This document shows positions 1-16,300 of a stretch of 64,000 nucleotides of DNA, one piece after another. Every line of letters begins with the position of its first letter. Within the stretch, counting starts at the first letter, position 1. The notes below the pieces were generated by a model, which saw nothing but the letters and a program-made list of their open reading frames with translations, did no database searches and was not told where the DNA came from. Made by a program: the position numbers and the translations under genes. Origin of the DNA: Magallana gigas (taxonomy: Eukaryota); the NCBI RefSeq assembly GCF_963853765.1, contig NC_088855.1:34162001-34226000 (forward strand), read 5' to 3'.

Positions 1-295
1 AGAAAATCAAATCAGATACATTATACCATGAACAAGACAAAACCTTCATAATTAGGACATGTACTTGCATTAACACTAAGAAATACAATAAAATAACATT
101 AATCTTAACCAGGGAGAGAAAACCACATCATATACATTACAATGTAAACATCGATTAGCTTTTCAACACTCAGAATTACTCTTGAAACATCTATAGCTCA
201 CCTGGTTTAATAACCAAAATATAAATGAATTGGTCAACGTTGCAACTACATGTATCTTTTTTTTTTTCAAAGAAGATATAGAAAGCAAGAAGTAC

Positions 296-4362
<4,067 letters not shown>

Positions 4363-4864
4363 TTTCAACGGTCTTTACACTACTGTGTTCACTGTTAATA
4401 GAGGCAGAATTCATGACGCGAATCCCATTTATACAAAATAAATGGTCACGTGATTATGGTGAAACTAGAACCAGTTTAATAATCTCCGCTAAGAATAAGT
4501 TTGCGTGGTCGCAAAGCTGAATAAATGATAAAAACCTACGAAGGGCTCAGCGGAATATTATGGAGCATAATAACGCAGGAAATGTTCTTTAATGTTGAAA
4601 TATATATTATTTTTACATGAATGAAAATTTTCAAGAAAAATGAAATTAATAAAACAATTTATAAAAGTACAGTATAGTTCCTTTAAAATACACAAAGATA
4701 GAATTAAATAATACGCGAGCACTGCATTTAGGCACACCAACACAAAACTGAGCAAATAATTTCAACCATATAGGATAGTTAGGATCCCCTGACCTCCTAT
4801 GGAGGATAATTTAAATGGTTGACTTACTGAAAATACTAGTAGATCCCCCCCCCCCTCCCCCGCT

Positions 4865-5078
4865 AAGGCACGTAGCATCGTTTCTTAAGTCGGGGGGGGG
4901 GGGGGGCAAGGACTCATCTTTTTTCAAAGAGGACTAACTTTTCCTAATTTCGATTTCATTTTATCAGGGAAGTATATACGTACCTGATTTTATAATGTAA
5001 AAAGAAATTGTTTGTTGCGATAAAAAGTGGGACCAGTTCCCTCCCCCGCTCGATCCCTCCCCTGATGCTACGTGCCTG
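4865..5078. mobile_element. Short G/C-run MITE (TIR AGGCACGTAGCATC), same family as 14090-14364
   Basis: AGGCACGTAGCATC at the left end, GATGCTACGTGCCTG at the right end, poly-G/poly-C subterminal runs. The interior resembles the 14090-14364 copy in opposite orientation. Confidence 0.65.
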
Positions 5079-5307
5079 CCCTGCCCCCGGCAAACAAATA
5101 AAGCCCCCCCCCCCTCCCAAAGGAAAAAAATCTGGATCCGCGCATGAAACTATACTTTGTAGTATAGGTTATCTGATAAATTATGGTATTTCAATTACAG
5201 TTTAAAATTCATAAACATAAAGCTTGTCAACTATGAAATTACGAACTTTCAAAACAAATAGGTAATGAGCAAACCGTCACTTACAGCGTATATAAAATGC
5301 CGATTCC

Positions 5308-5475
5308 NNNNNNNNNNNNNNNNNNNNNNNNNNNNNNNNNNNNNNNNNNNNNNNNNNNNNNNNNNNNNNNNNNNNNNNNNNNNNNNNNNNNNNNNNNNNN
5401 NNNNNNNNNNNNNNNNNNNNNNNNNNNNNNNNNNNNNNNNNNNNNNNNNNNNNNNNNNNNNNNNNNNNNNNNNNN
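5308..5475. other. Assembly gap (168 N)
   Basis: Run of N bases. Confidence 1.
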
Positions 5476-6581
5476 GAAAATTATCCATCAAACCGAATAT
5501 CCCATGGAGCTGATATGTTCATTGATTATAGTTTTTCTTTCGTAAAAACAAGTTTGAAGGAATAATTTTATGTCATCCTCATTATTTAATTTGTGGATAA
5601 ACTTCCTGATATGCCTCTTCCCCATGTGCTGTTTTTCTTGTTTACTTTTAACGCGGTCATGCCCAGATATACACTTATAAAGTGTATCGTTAATAAATAT
5701 GCATAAGAAAAAAATCCTTTCCCCTTACCTAATATATCCGTAACTTATTCAATAAATATCAAAATGAATCATGGATATGGCGCATTCCTTACAGATTTCT
5801 TATATACGGATCATCACACTGACCCATTTTGGGTCGGGTGTTCAACTAAGCAAAAACAGCGTTAAAAACGGCATTAATACACGTACAAAGTTCATCTGGA
5901 ATTACGTTTACGTAAAACCAGCGACGTGTAATGAACGATATCGATTTAAATAATCTGCGCATAAACAGTACCAAAAGAATTTTACAGACATCAATAAAAA
6001 TTTCAAACAAAAAATTATATGCAGTATTAACGCATATTAATTTGTTGCTTTAAATTGCGATTCATATGGGTATGAAGGAATATAGCAAGTATTGCAGGAA
6101 AATACGCAACCCTTGTCTTCGAACACTGAAATCATCACTATTGTCAGTACGTTTCGTAGAAGGAGCGGCCATAGATGATATGAGAAGTCTACAAGGCATG
6201 CCTCGGTAGCTTCATACCTCATCTAGTTTAGATCTTTAAGTAACGTAATCCGACGATTTTGCTGATGAGTGGCATTTTAACTATATTTGGTAGTCTGACG
6301 TCGGCCTGTGCTCTCTGTGTATAGCTAAAGTTGTCCTTTTTTGAAAATGACATATAATTGCTGATCTGGATAAATGTTTGGGATTTCGGAGCCGCTTCCA
6401 CAGACAGTGATCCATACACTGCGAATTCAAAGATAAAGGCGCTCGGTCTTTATTTTTTAAATGTCCGAATATTTGTATGACCCGCCCCCTATCGCCGTAA
6501 TCTCTATGCGCGCGTCTGTGGTGAAGATTTAGAACCAGACGACGATCGACGTATTATAGAGAAGAGAGCTGAAGTAAAACA

Positions 6582-9038
6582 ATGTCTACATCAGAAGCTT
6601 TATCTTCCGGTAAGTTTTCATTTCTATGCATTATATGTGTATTGTTGATATTAAACGCTGTAATATTAAACGACGATACATGTAACAGGTTTTAAACGCT
6701 ATTTAAACATAATGTAAACAAATACAATGTTTGGAGTGACAACTTTATACTGTACCATCTTCATGTACGTCAAGGTTTAGTGATCACGGAACTCCACACT
6801 CCGCCTTTGTGTGGAGTTCCGTAATCACAAAACCTTGACGTTGTGAAGATGACTTTATACCCATAATGCTTTTCATCACCAATTCATAGGCTCGACTTTC
6901 CCTCCCCTAAAAGCGGGTACCCTCCGAATCTATAGCAACCGAATCTGTCCCTATGCCGAGAGAGCCCGACTTGTTTTAGCACACAAAGACATTCCGTAAG
7001 TTTTTACTTTCATTTTCAGATATTTAAAGATATACATGTACAAACTATAAGCATGTTTATTCAAGCAATTGTACATGTATATATGAGATTTTCTATTTGA
7101 AACTGAGAAAAATTGTAAAGCTGTATTTTTAAAAATTTAGGTTTTTTCATATCTTTACATGAGGGTAGCGCTCTTATGTAAAAAATGTGTTTTTCTCTTT
7201 ATCTTTAATATAGATATCATAACAGAGCGATATATGTTATATCGCATGTAGTCTGAGTTTTACCCGCGACACACAGGCACTTGATGTTAAAAATTTTTGT
7301 TTTACATGTAAATAATTTCCCGTTCTTCAGTACGGGAAATGATCTATATTGTTTTACCGTCAATGTGCGGTGACAGTCACCATCACAGTACTGTAACTGT
7401 TAAATGTATATACATGTATAGTATACATGTATATTAATCAATGCAATAGCTGTTTACTTATGGAAGGAGTTATGTTTAGATCACCGTTTTTCTCGTGTTC
7501 CAGTAGAAACCAGATAATTGTTATGGGGGTATTTTGGTGGGGGGGGGGGGGGGGTGTTGACTTTTAAGGATGCATATTATATACATGGCTATAATTTTCA
7601 CAGTTAAGTTTTGACGCGTACATATTATATTTTTCACACTAGCATATGGAGTACAGACCAATTCTATTTAAAAATGATATTGTTGTTCCAAAAAAAAAAA
7701 TAACAAAACAAATAGATTTTGGTATGCATACAACAGTTCTTATCTATGTTCTAAATGTTGGACTTGGGGGGGGGGGAGCTAAAATCGATATAAAAAAATA
7801 TGTCCGTGGAATGTCCTTGTCCGTCCTATTATAGGAACTTTATCCGCTTTATTTACATATTTTCTTCCCGATTATTCTAGAAAAAGATCTTATAGATAAA
7901 AAAAAAAGTGGTGGCAAACAACATCCTTTGCCTTGTTAGATATATTTATTTTATGATGTCCTCAAATGCTAAATTTTCTAATTCAAAAGGAATGAAGTGG
8001 TTAATATTCACCTTTCCAAAAAACCGGAATGGTTTCTGGAGAAAATAAATCCTCTGGGAAAAGTTCCCGCTATTCAGAAGGACGATAAAATTGTCTACGA
8101 GTCTGCAGTGTGTTGTGATTATCTGGACCAGGTATATCCGGGCAACAAGCTGACCCCCGATGACCCTTACCAGCAGGCAAGAGATAGAATATTGGTGGAA
8201 CATTTTGGACAGGTGTGTGTTGGTGTATATTACAAAATTTTCAACTACAGTGTTAAGTTTTATTTTCTTGAAGAATGTAGGCAAATAGGTGATTTGAACC
8301 ATTCTAACATGGGAAGAGGTCTTTCTCCTTTAAACGTATCTAATTTCAGGTTACCACACAGTACTATAAGATGCTGTTTGGTCCATCAGAAAATTGTGCA
8401 GCGGCAGCGGAAACCTTGAAAAAAGGACTAATGGAATTTGACAAAGAAATACAAAAAAGAGGGGATTTCTTTGGAGGTGAGACAATGAACACATATACAT
8501 CCTCAAAATTGTTTTTACTATAACGTATAATAAATTTAAACATTAATTTTACATGTATTTCAGCGTGCTTAATCTGTACATTTGGTTAGTCACATCTGTC
8601 AAAACTTTAGATACAACAAATAATTCTGTGACTATTTTATTATGCATAGAGGTGCGATGTTTCCACCACTGTAGTTTTTGGGTAGGGAACAAAGCATACC
8701 CGAGACGATCAATACCTGGCATAAGTTTTAATATTTCTCAATATACATGTACATAACTTCGGATATAAAGAGTTTAACTTCGAAATTATCGTTTTGCAGG
8801 AAGCGAACCTCGTATGATAGATTTCATGGTATGGCCTTGGTTTGAGCGATTTCATGCGACGGAAAAGTTGGTGAATCAAATATTTATATCTGATGGATCA
8901 ATGCCGAACCTGACTGCTTACATGGATAGGATGATATCTTTTCCTGCTGTACAGAAATGTCGTCTTAGTACAGAAAACCATCTTGAATTCTACCAGAGTG
9001 TGAAAAATGGCGCACCAAACTATAACGTTGGATTGTAG
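6582..9038 (+). CDS. GSTO: Glutathione S-transferase omega-class protein (240 aa)
   Basis: Exons 6582-6609, 6890-6995, 7990-8212, 8350-8476 and 8800-9038 join in frame (723 nt). Active-site RIYSNRICPYAERARLVL (human GSTO1 has RIYSMRFCPFAERTRLVL), NPLGKVPAI, YESAVCCDYLD, FFGG..P.MIDFMVWPWFER. Confidence 0.95.
6756..6851. repeat. 96-nt near-perfect inverted repeat (hairpin) in GSTO intron 1
   Basis: Arm 6756-6799 pairs with arm 6809-6851 (about 40 bp, two single mismatches and one small internal loop) around a 9-nt loop TCCGCCTTT. Confidence 0.85.
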
Positions 9039-9759
9039 TGATTGCAGAGACTTTCGTTTGGTTAGGCCATGATCAGACAGAACTTTGAATGAGGCAGAAT
9101 GACAATTAATCCTTCACCAATGAAATCCAATTATAAGTTATACAAACTTGATTTCTATTTTACGAATATACTATACATACATGTATATAGATAACATTTT
9201 TGTTCCCCGAGCCTCTGGTTCTGAGGTTTTCTATTGTGATAAGTATGATCAAAGTAAGACATGGATTTTGCAAAATGTGTACAAGCCGCAGCTAGGTGAG
9301 ATAACGGATTACAAGATTATCTTCGCAAAAAATATTAGGCAGCTGACGTTAAAAAATAACCATGACATAGCATGCAGGTTCATCCCCCCTCCCCACATTT
9401 TCCTTGATGTTTTCCCTGTTTCCATTTTCATCTTTTATAGCTCGTTTTAAACAAATATGGTGAAATGCAGCACAAAATAGTAAATAACGATTAATTATGA
9501 AAACGTGTTAAAAAAATTTAAAATGAATATACATGCAACTTTCATTTGTCTACACTTGAAGCTCATGGGGATGAAAACTACTATAAACGTTTATCATTAT
9601 GCCAATAGTGAAGCTTCAAGGGAGCTAGAAAATAAGAAATTAAATCGTTGCTTAAGTTGATTCATGTACGTGATTTTCTTGTAGAAAATCGTAAAAAAAT
9701 AAATATAAATAAACAATATATGACTCAATTGTTATGTCTTTTTAAAGCATTTATGGTTT

Positions 9760-10820
9760 TCAGTACAGTTTCCATCCTGTGAAGGAAGATCTTCCATAAA
9801 AGTCACTCCGTATAGCTCCAGACCCCGGGTCCTGGTGGTGTGTTTGAATGTAAACGTCATCACCTTTGTTGACATGCGCAGTGGCTAAACCAGTCGCCTG
9901 TCCATCTTCGCCTGTCAGAGACTTCATATAAATACTTCCAAAAATCTGACCGTTTATGATAAGCTCCAAAGCATGGTCTTCGCCCGTGCTACCGTAATGT
10001 TTGATCCTTGACGTCCAACTGAAGACGTAATAACCGGTTTCTGGGGCGATAAAAATCCCTGAGTTTGGGTGGTACCCATTTCCTGCGTTTGTTTTCACGG
10101 CGTCGAATTTCAGAATCTGTCCCTGTCCAGGGTGGGCAACGTCAGAGGACAGATAAGCGTAGAAGGCTGTGGCGTTGTGTGAGGGGTGTGGTGGCTGAGT
10201 GGGCTGGGGGATCAACAACCGCCCTGTAGAGTGAAGGGTGGAATGAGACGAATTGTCAATCGGAACATTGGTCGGCCTTTTCCGTCAATGCAAGTCGAGA
10301 AAAAAAAACATTTTCTCGACTTGACAGAAAAGGTCGAGCGATGTTTCGATTGACGAATTGGTTTTTTCATGGTATATAAAACGTCAACCAAACTTGTTCT
10401 CTACGTACCTTTACGAACAAGAGAAGACTGAAACGGAAGTTGTGGGGTTTCGACTGACGGTCGACGTCCGGATGATCGGAAGTCTCCCCGATTGCTGGAT
10501 ACGACACCCGACCCATTATTCGTCATTACTATTGTATTCGGGTTATTCTTTGCAACGCTATAATTTATGGAACCTTTGGTGTCCTGAACTTCTTTTTGTA
10601 GTTTCTCCCGATGACAATAAGATCGTTGACGATTGAGGGTGCGTTGGAGATAGGCGATGCGACTGTTCTGAGTAGCGATCGTTGTGGTCATCTCGCCAAT
10701 CAGCTTACGAAGTTCCAGTACATCCCGGTGCAGATCTTCTATAGACATTTCACATCGTCCTTTTCCTAAAAAGTTTATCACGAGCCAAACCAACACAACA
10801 AATAATTTGTGAAGAATCAT
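9760..10820 (-). CDS. Secreted C1q-domain-containing (C1qDC) protein: signal peptide, coiled-coil, C-terminal globular C1q head (291 aa)
   Basis: Coding exons 10820-10409 and 10223-9760 (876 nt). Hydrophobic N-terminus MILHKLFVVLVWLVINFL, heptad-like region DLHRDVLELRKLIGEMTTTIATQNSRIAYLQRTL, and gC1q motifs AFYAYLS, LKFDAVKTNAGNGYHPNSGIFIAPETGYYVFSW, GDDVYI, SSFTGWKLY. Probable 5'UTR exon with donor at 11536 and acceptor at 10838. Confidence 0.93.
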
Positions 10821-11536
10821 AATGTCGTTTTCGTTATCTAAATGGTACCTTGGTGACCTTACATCGTAAGAAAGAAATCACGCGTAGTGTACAATATCTA
10901 ATAGTTCATTTATATAGTCAACCAAATCCATCATCAACACAAAAATATTAAGGGTCATTTTTTAAAGTTACTCTTCAATCCTAAATAAAACGACATAGGG
11001 AAAATATACCTCTTTATTTATGGTACGGTTTACGTTTGATTCCAATAAATTTTTAGTTTTATCTAACATTTGAATGCCCTTAAGGTAAAATCCACAAATA
11101 TTCTTTCCTTTTCTAACTACTAGTGTGTACATGTCCAAGGAACTCAGTTTACCTCAATACACTGATGTATAAATTAAAAGATACAAAAAAATATCTATAA
11201 TAAACAACCCTTGTCTTCTTAGTAGTCGGCCCCTTTAAACTTTCATTCTTTTGTACTTGCACTTAACAAGAACAAGAAACACCAAAAACAAAAAACAATA
11301 TTTAATTTTTAGCATTTGTGTCTTGCATTATACAGAACGTCACTCACACAGAATCTGCAATATTAAATAACACCAATATTCTGCAATATTCAACATCAAC
11401 CATATCTGAAAACTTCTGAAGTTTTCATTTGACAAGCAGCTTGTCATATATGCTCAGGGCACATTACCATTACACCGGTATACATGTACTTGCAAAGTTT
11501 GAACGCCAGAATGAATACATATCGAACACGACTTAC

Positions 11537-12198
11537 CGACAAAACCTTAAGCCCCGCCCCTTACTCTTATTTCATTCTATTTCACCGAATTCAACCGAAA
11601 TTGGATAGAACGTTCTATCGTTAAATGACAGATGTCCTACGAACTCGGTTTTACGATTGTGAGCTGAGCGTAGCGTGGTCACGGAAAGATTCTTTCTAAA
11701 CCGAAATGACTAGTATTCACAGCGTATGTCACTTGATCTATATTCCGGTAACCTTTCGAAGTGTATATTATATACAATTTTCTTTCATTTACACAAATAC
11801 ATTTTGTGTTGGTTGTTCTTCTTATAATTTTTTTAATGAAAATGAGTTTCTAAAGGGTAATTCAAGCTATAAGTGTATACTTACATCCACGAAGTATTTT
11901 TTTTTCCCTATTTCATCGTAAGAATAAACGCATTCTTAACTACTGTTAGATGCATTGTTAAGCTTTTTTATGACACTTTAAATCTAGTAACTGTAATTCT
12001 TTTTACATAGTTTTTAATTGTGTCTGTTTGTAATCTTGCTGTTGACTTTTGTGCGGGTGATTTCTTGATCATCGAAACTAAAGCATGAACTCCACGGACT
12101 TGCATGGACTGGCCTTAGACTTGCAAGTATGTTCTCCAGTATTTAGGCAAACCGATTATGATTCATAGCTCTTAACAATGTACATAGAAACTGAAAGT
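11537..12198 (-). promoter_or_regulatory. Putative C1qDC promoter region with GC box and IRF/ISRE-like motifs
   Basis: Minus-strand donor GTCG|GTAAGT at 11536, CCCCGCCCC near 11552, AACCGAAAT at 11593 and 11699, GAAACTAAAGC at 12074 and GAAACTGAAAGT at 12187. Motif inference only. Confidence 0.35.
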
Positions 12199-13321
12199 GG
12201 TGAAATCTATATGATCCAGTTCTATATAACCAGTTTATTGATCGGTCGAAACCTTCAGCATCCTATAAAATTAAAATAATCGCAAACTGCACGAAATAAT
12301 CATGTCAGACTCTAACTCCAATATAGGAATAATTGGTCATTTCTTCTATTTAACATACTGATTTACATTTACAAATATGTAAATATAAATAAATAATAAA
12401 ATGCTATTTTTGATGATTCATGTCAATTTCATGGTGGTAGCGATCATTGCAGAATTTTTTTCTGCAATACTAGCTACGCTCATACCGGAATGAAGCACCA
12501 GAAATGCATTTTATTGTTTAAGGTTTAAGAAGTTAATCCCTGAACAGTAATTGTTTTTTGAATTGAAAAAGTTATGAAGATCCGTTAATTGCAAATTACG
12601 GAGTACGTCTTGATTATAGTGGCATTTCTTGAATTCATCCCTATCTACAGTACTGTCATTTTGACAATGAGACAGAGACACAAAAATAAAAATTCTCCCT
12701 CACTACGTTCGTCCGACACAAACACACATAATTATTTAAAACCATATGTCAGCCCAAAATACCGCATTCCATTTCACATTCAATTTGATCTTACTTAGAG
12801 TGCCACGCCACCGCATGGTCCTACTATTTATATTACCTGATCACGTGACCCGAAACCTATTCGAGTACGTATGAAAACTTTATATCACACAGATAATTTT
12901 AACGACCATGAGTATCCTACCAAAAAAAAACTGATTATGATTTAAGTTTTATTGCCCAGTGATCCATTGTAGGTTAATCAGTTAATCACACAGATCATGG
13001 CTATATGATCAATACATGTACATGTATGTACATGAAATTGTATAGACACATACTTAAGAAATGTGTGTGTATGCATTCATTATCACAAGAATGAAAATAG
13101 TTACAAATAAAACATAATCCCATCTGTCTGAAGGTGACTTTCAGTAAAGCACATGTTGCATAGTACATAAATCAATGCATGTTTCCTCATGATCAAATTT
13201 AGCATGCATGCATGACATTTAACAGATCCCAAATGTTTTTTGATAGAACAGCATGGTTCTCCTCAATTTCTTAAAAATGTAGTTTTGAAATTCACAATAC
13301 ACAAAATATAGAACATTTTCC

Positions 13322-16300
13322 TCAAGTTCCAAATTTCTTTTGTTGCATTGCCATTGGAAGCGACTCCATCATTGCTAGTTTTGTGCGTTCTACCATAACA
13401 ACCCAATCATCATTAACGAAGTCCATATGAATAAGATACTGCAAAACAAATTTATGAAACAAATGAAATAAACTAAAAATATTTTAATGTAAATAGATCA
13501 ATAAAATTTGAATATACTTTCTGTTGCTTATGGAGATTACTTACACGAAATCTTGTACAAACATGAAATGCAGACACTTTGGAAGAATTTGGTCTGGCTA
13601 CCAAGTTGAAAGGTTTAGATCCTATGCTTGGGAATGGCTACAAAATTTTTTTACACATACAGTTTTGTACTTTAGATCATTACTATGTATGAAATTATTT
13701 ATGAACTACATGTAAATGAAAGTTTACAAAACGCATATACAAGTATATGTGAAATTCTTGATTACAAAAAAGGTAAATTTACTCTCAGGGACCTTGCACC
13801 ATTTTCAATAATGCACTTTGAAAAAAAATCAAGCAGTTTTTGTTTCCAGTACAGACATTTAAGAGCTCTGACTATTGTAAATTCCGTATATTGCGCAGGT
13901 ACTTAATTCCGCAATCCTGCTGCTCTGTATCAAATCATGAGAATATTAAACCGTGAACGTGAAAATTTTCTCCTTATTTCTTATAGTTCGCAACTTTCAG
14001 AAAATGATGGCGAGATTTTAAAATCCGCAAAGAGTGCTTCTTGCAATTTTACACGGAAATTAATTCCTTGCATTTAATTAAGAATATCCCAGGGACGTAG
14101 CATCAGGGGGGGCCAGGGGGGGCCTGGCCCCCCCCCCCCCACTTTTTCTCGCGGCAACGAATTTTTTTGAAATTTACATATAAAAAATTGAATTAACATG
14201 GAGTTGCCCCCCCCCTCCCCCCCCTTTTTTTGGAGTATGTAAAAAATTGATATGAAAATAAGGAAATTAGGATTGAAATTGAAGTTTTTTTGCTTATCAA
14301 GATTTTTTGGATGAGTCTGCCACCCCCCCCCCCCCCCACTTTCAAAAACGATGCTACGTGCCTGTATCCAGTATCCAGTATACATGTAATATTAAAATCC
14401 ACTTCAAATCATATAACCAGGACATGCATTAATAAAACTTTCTAAAAAGTATGAGAAAAGTGGCAGTGAACTTACCTGTGTTTTGTCTAAGATGAAAAAC
14501 TTGTCTAGATCACAAAAGAATATTTTATCGGGATAGCGTGGAGAGGTGGAGATATGGTGGATGATCTGATGCCTCTTCTTCCAGGCGTTCGGGAACTTGT
14601 TACACACCTCCCGACACCAATCACTATATTCCTTTTTCTCGACATCGAACTCATAAATCTGTGGGGAGAAATTCAAACTTGCAAGAGCAAATTGAAATTA
14701 CTGGTAAGCAGAATATAAATGTACATAATGTACATGAATAACAGCAATTTGATTAAAGTTTCAATTCTGTCCTTCAGTGGCTTTAGCATATACTAAAAGC
14801 AGTCTGGAAGATGCTCAAATATAATTATTCTTAAATTTAATACATACATATATAGTTATCCATACCTTTTGATCTGCATGTGCAGTGATCAGATTACGAC
14901 TGTCTGGAGTGAAGGTCATAGCTGTTACTGTTGATTTATAGCTGGGCAACTGAGACACAACCTGATTAATAAAAATATATGGTTGTTTATTGGCACATTC
15001 ATGCAGGTGCTAACAGTCTGAACATTGATGTCTAGTGGGTACTGCATATATATAATGGGACACTGAATCCTTAAAGAAAATTGATCTATATTCAAGTAAT
15101 CAATCTAACATACAAAGGCTACATTATTTGATGGAATTTTGCTGATACCATTTTCACACTAGTAATGGCATTTAAGCTTTCAATTTGATATACTAAGGCC
15201 ATTTTGTTTGTTGCTGATGAGTGTGAAACCAATTACATTACCTCCTTGGACTCCACCCCCAGCACTGTTATTTTGTAGGACAGGTCAGCTACAGCCACCA
15301 GTTTACTGTTGGGGCTGACACTCAGCTGGTGTATAGACTCCTCTGTAAAACAAATAAGGATATTAAATACATGTAAACTGTACTAAACTACAGGGAGACA
15401 AAAAATATTCGTGAATCTTTCAAAGCTTATATTAATTCTCACTACACACATACATTTAAAAATTTTTTTAAAAAATACCTGTGTAATCATCCCATGCATG
15501 ATACAGAGACACAGAGTCCTCGTCAAGGGAGATAACTACAATTTTTTGACAGGATGTAGCTATCACCAAGAACTTTTCATCTGGGGTGAAAACAATCCGA
15601 TGAGCTGAATAGGAAGGAAGGCCTTTTTTCACCTTCCTGAGATCAACTGATGGTGAGATGGATTCTGTGCCAGTCTAGAAAAAACCACACAAAATGAATA
15701 TCATAGTTTACCCACAAGGAAATTTTATTTTTATAATGGTGTATTTTATAAAAATCATTCATTGCAGGAACTTCATGGTTAATCTACAACAAGTATTCAT
15801 GTTCCCACCATTGTTATTTTGTACAGCTTGAAGCCATCTATGTCTGAGTATGACATCCAGTTTGCACGAGAACTTATTGCACTACAGGCAATATGCTGCC
15901 CATCTTTTGTCTTCAGCTGGATCAGCTTCTGTGGAGGGATTTCCTCAGGTAAAACCTCCCCATCTTTCTCTACAGGTAAGGAAAATCATCAGCATGTTTA
16001 TTCATACAAGAACCCACAAAACTTTATTTACCTGGAAACTGAGACATGTGTTTTTCAAAATTCTTTAAAATCAAAAGATTTTTGCAGAACTGATGAGATA
16101 AAGCATGATTTATACCTGAGGTTTTCCTGGTGTTTCCCAGTCTCCATAGCTCCAGGTAGTCGGGGTACTGCAGCAGGAGGGCATTTCTGTCCTTTGCCAC
16201 GCCCACCAACTGATGCTGTAAACAATTGCAATTAAAGGTAAGCCATAGAAACTATTTCATGTTATAACAAATACTGAAAGTATGCATGTACTACATGTAT

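Noticed and set aside
6037-6419. Exon-like GC-richer sequence and short ORFs upstream of GSTO
   Set aside because: All frames are interrupted and there are no recognisable domains. More likely promoter or repeat-derived sequence.
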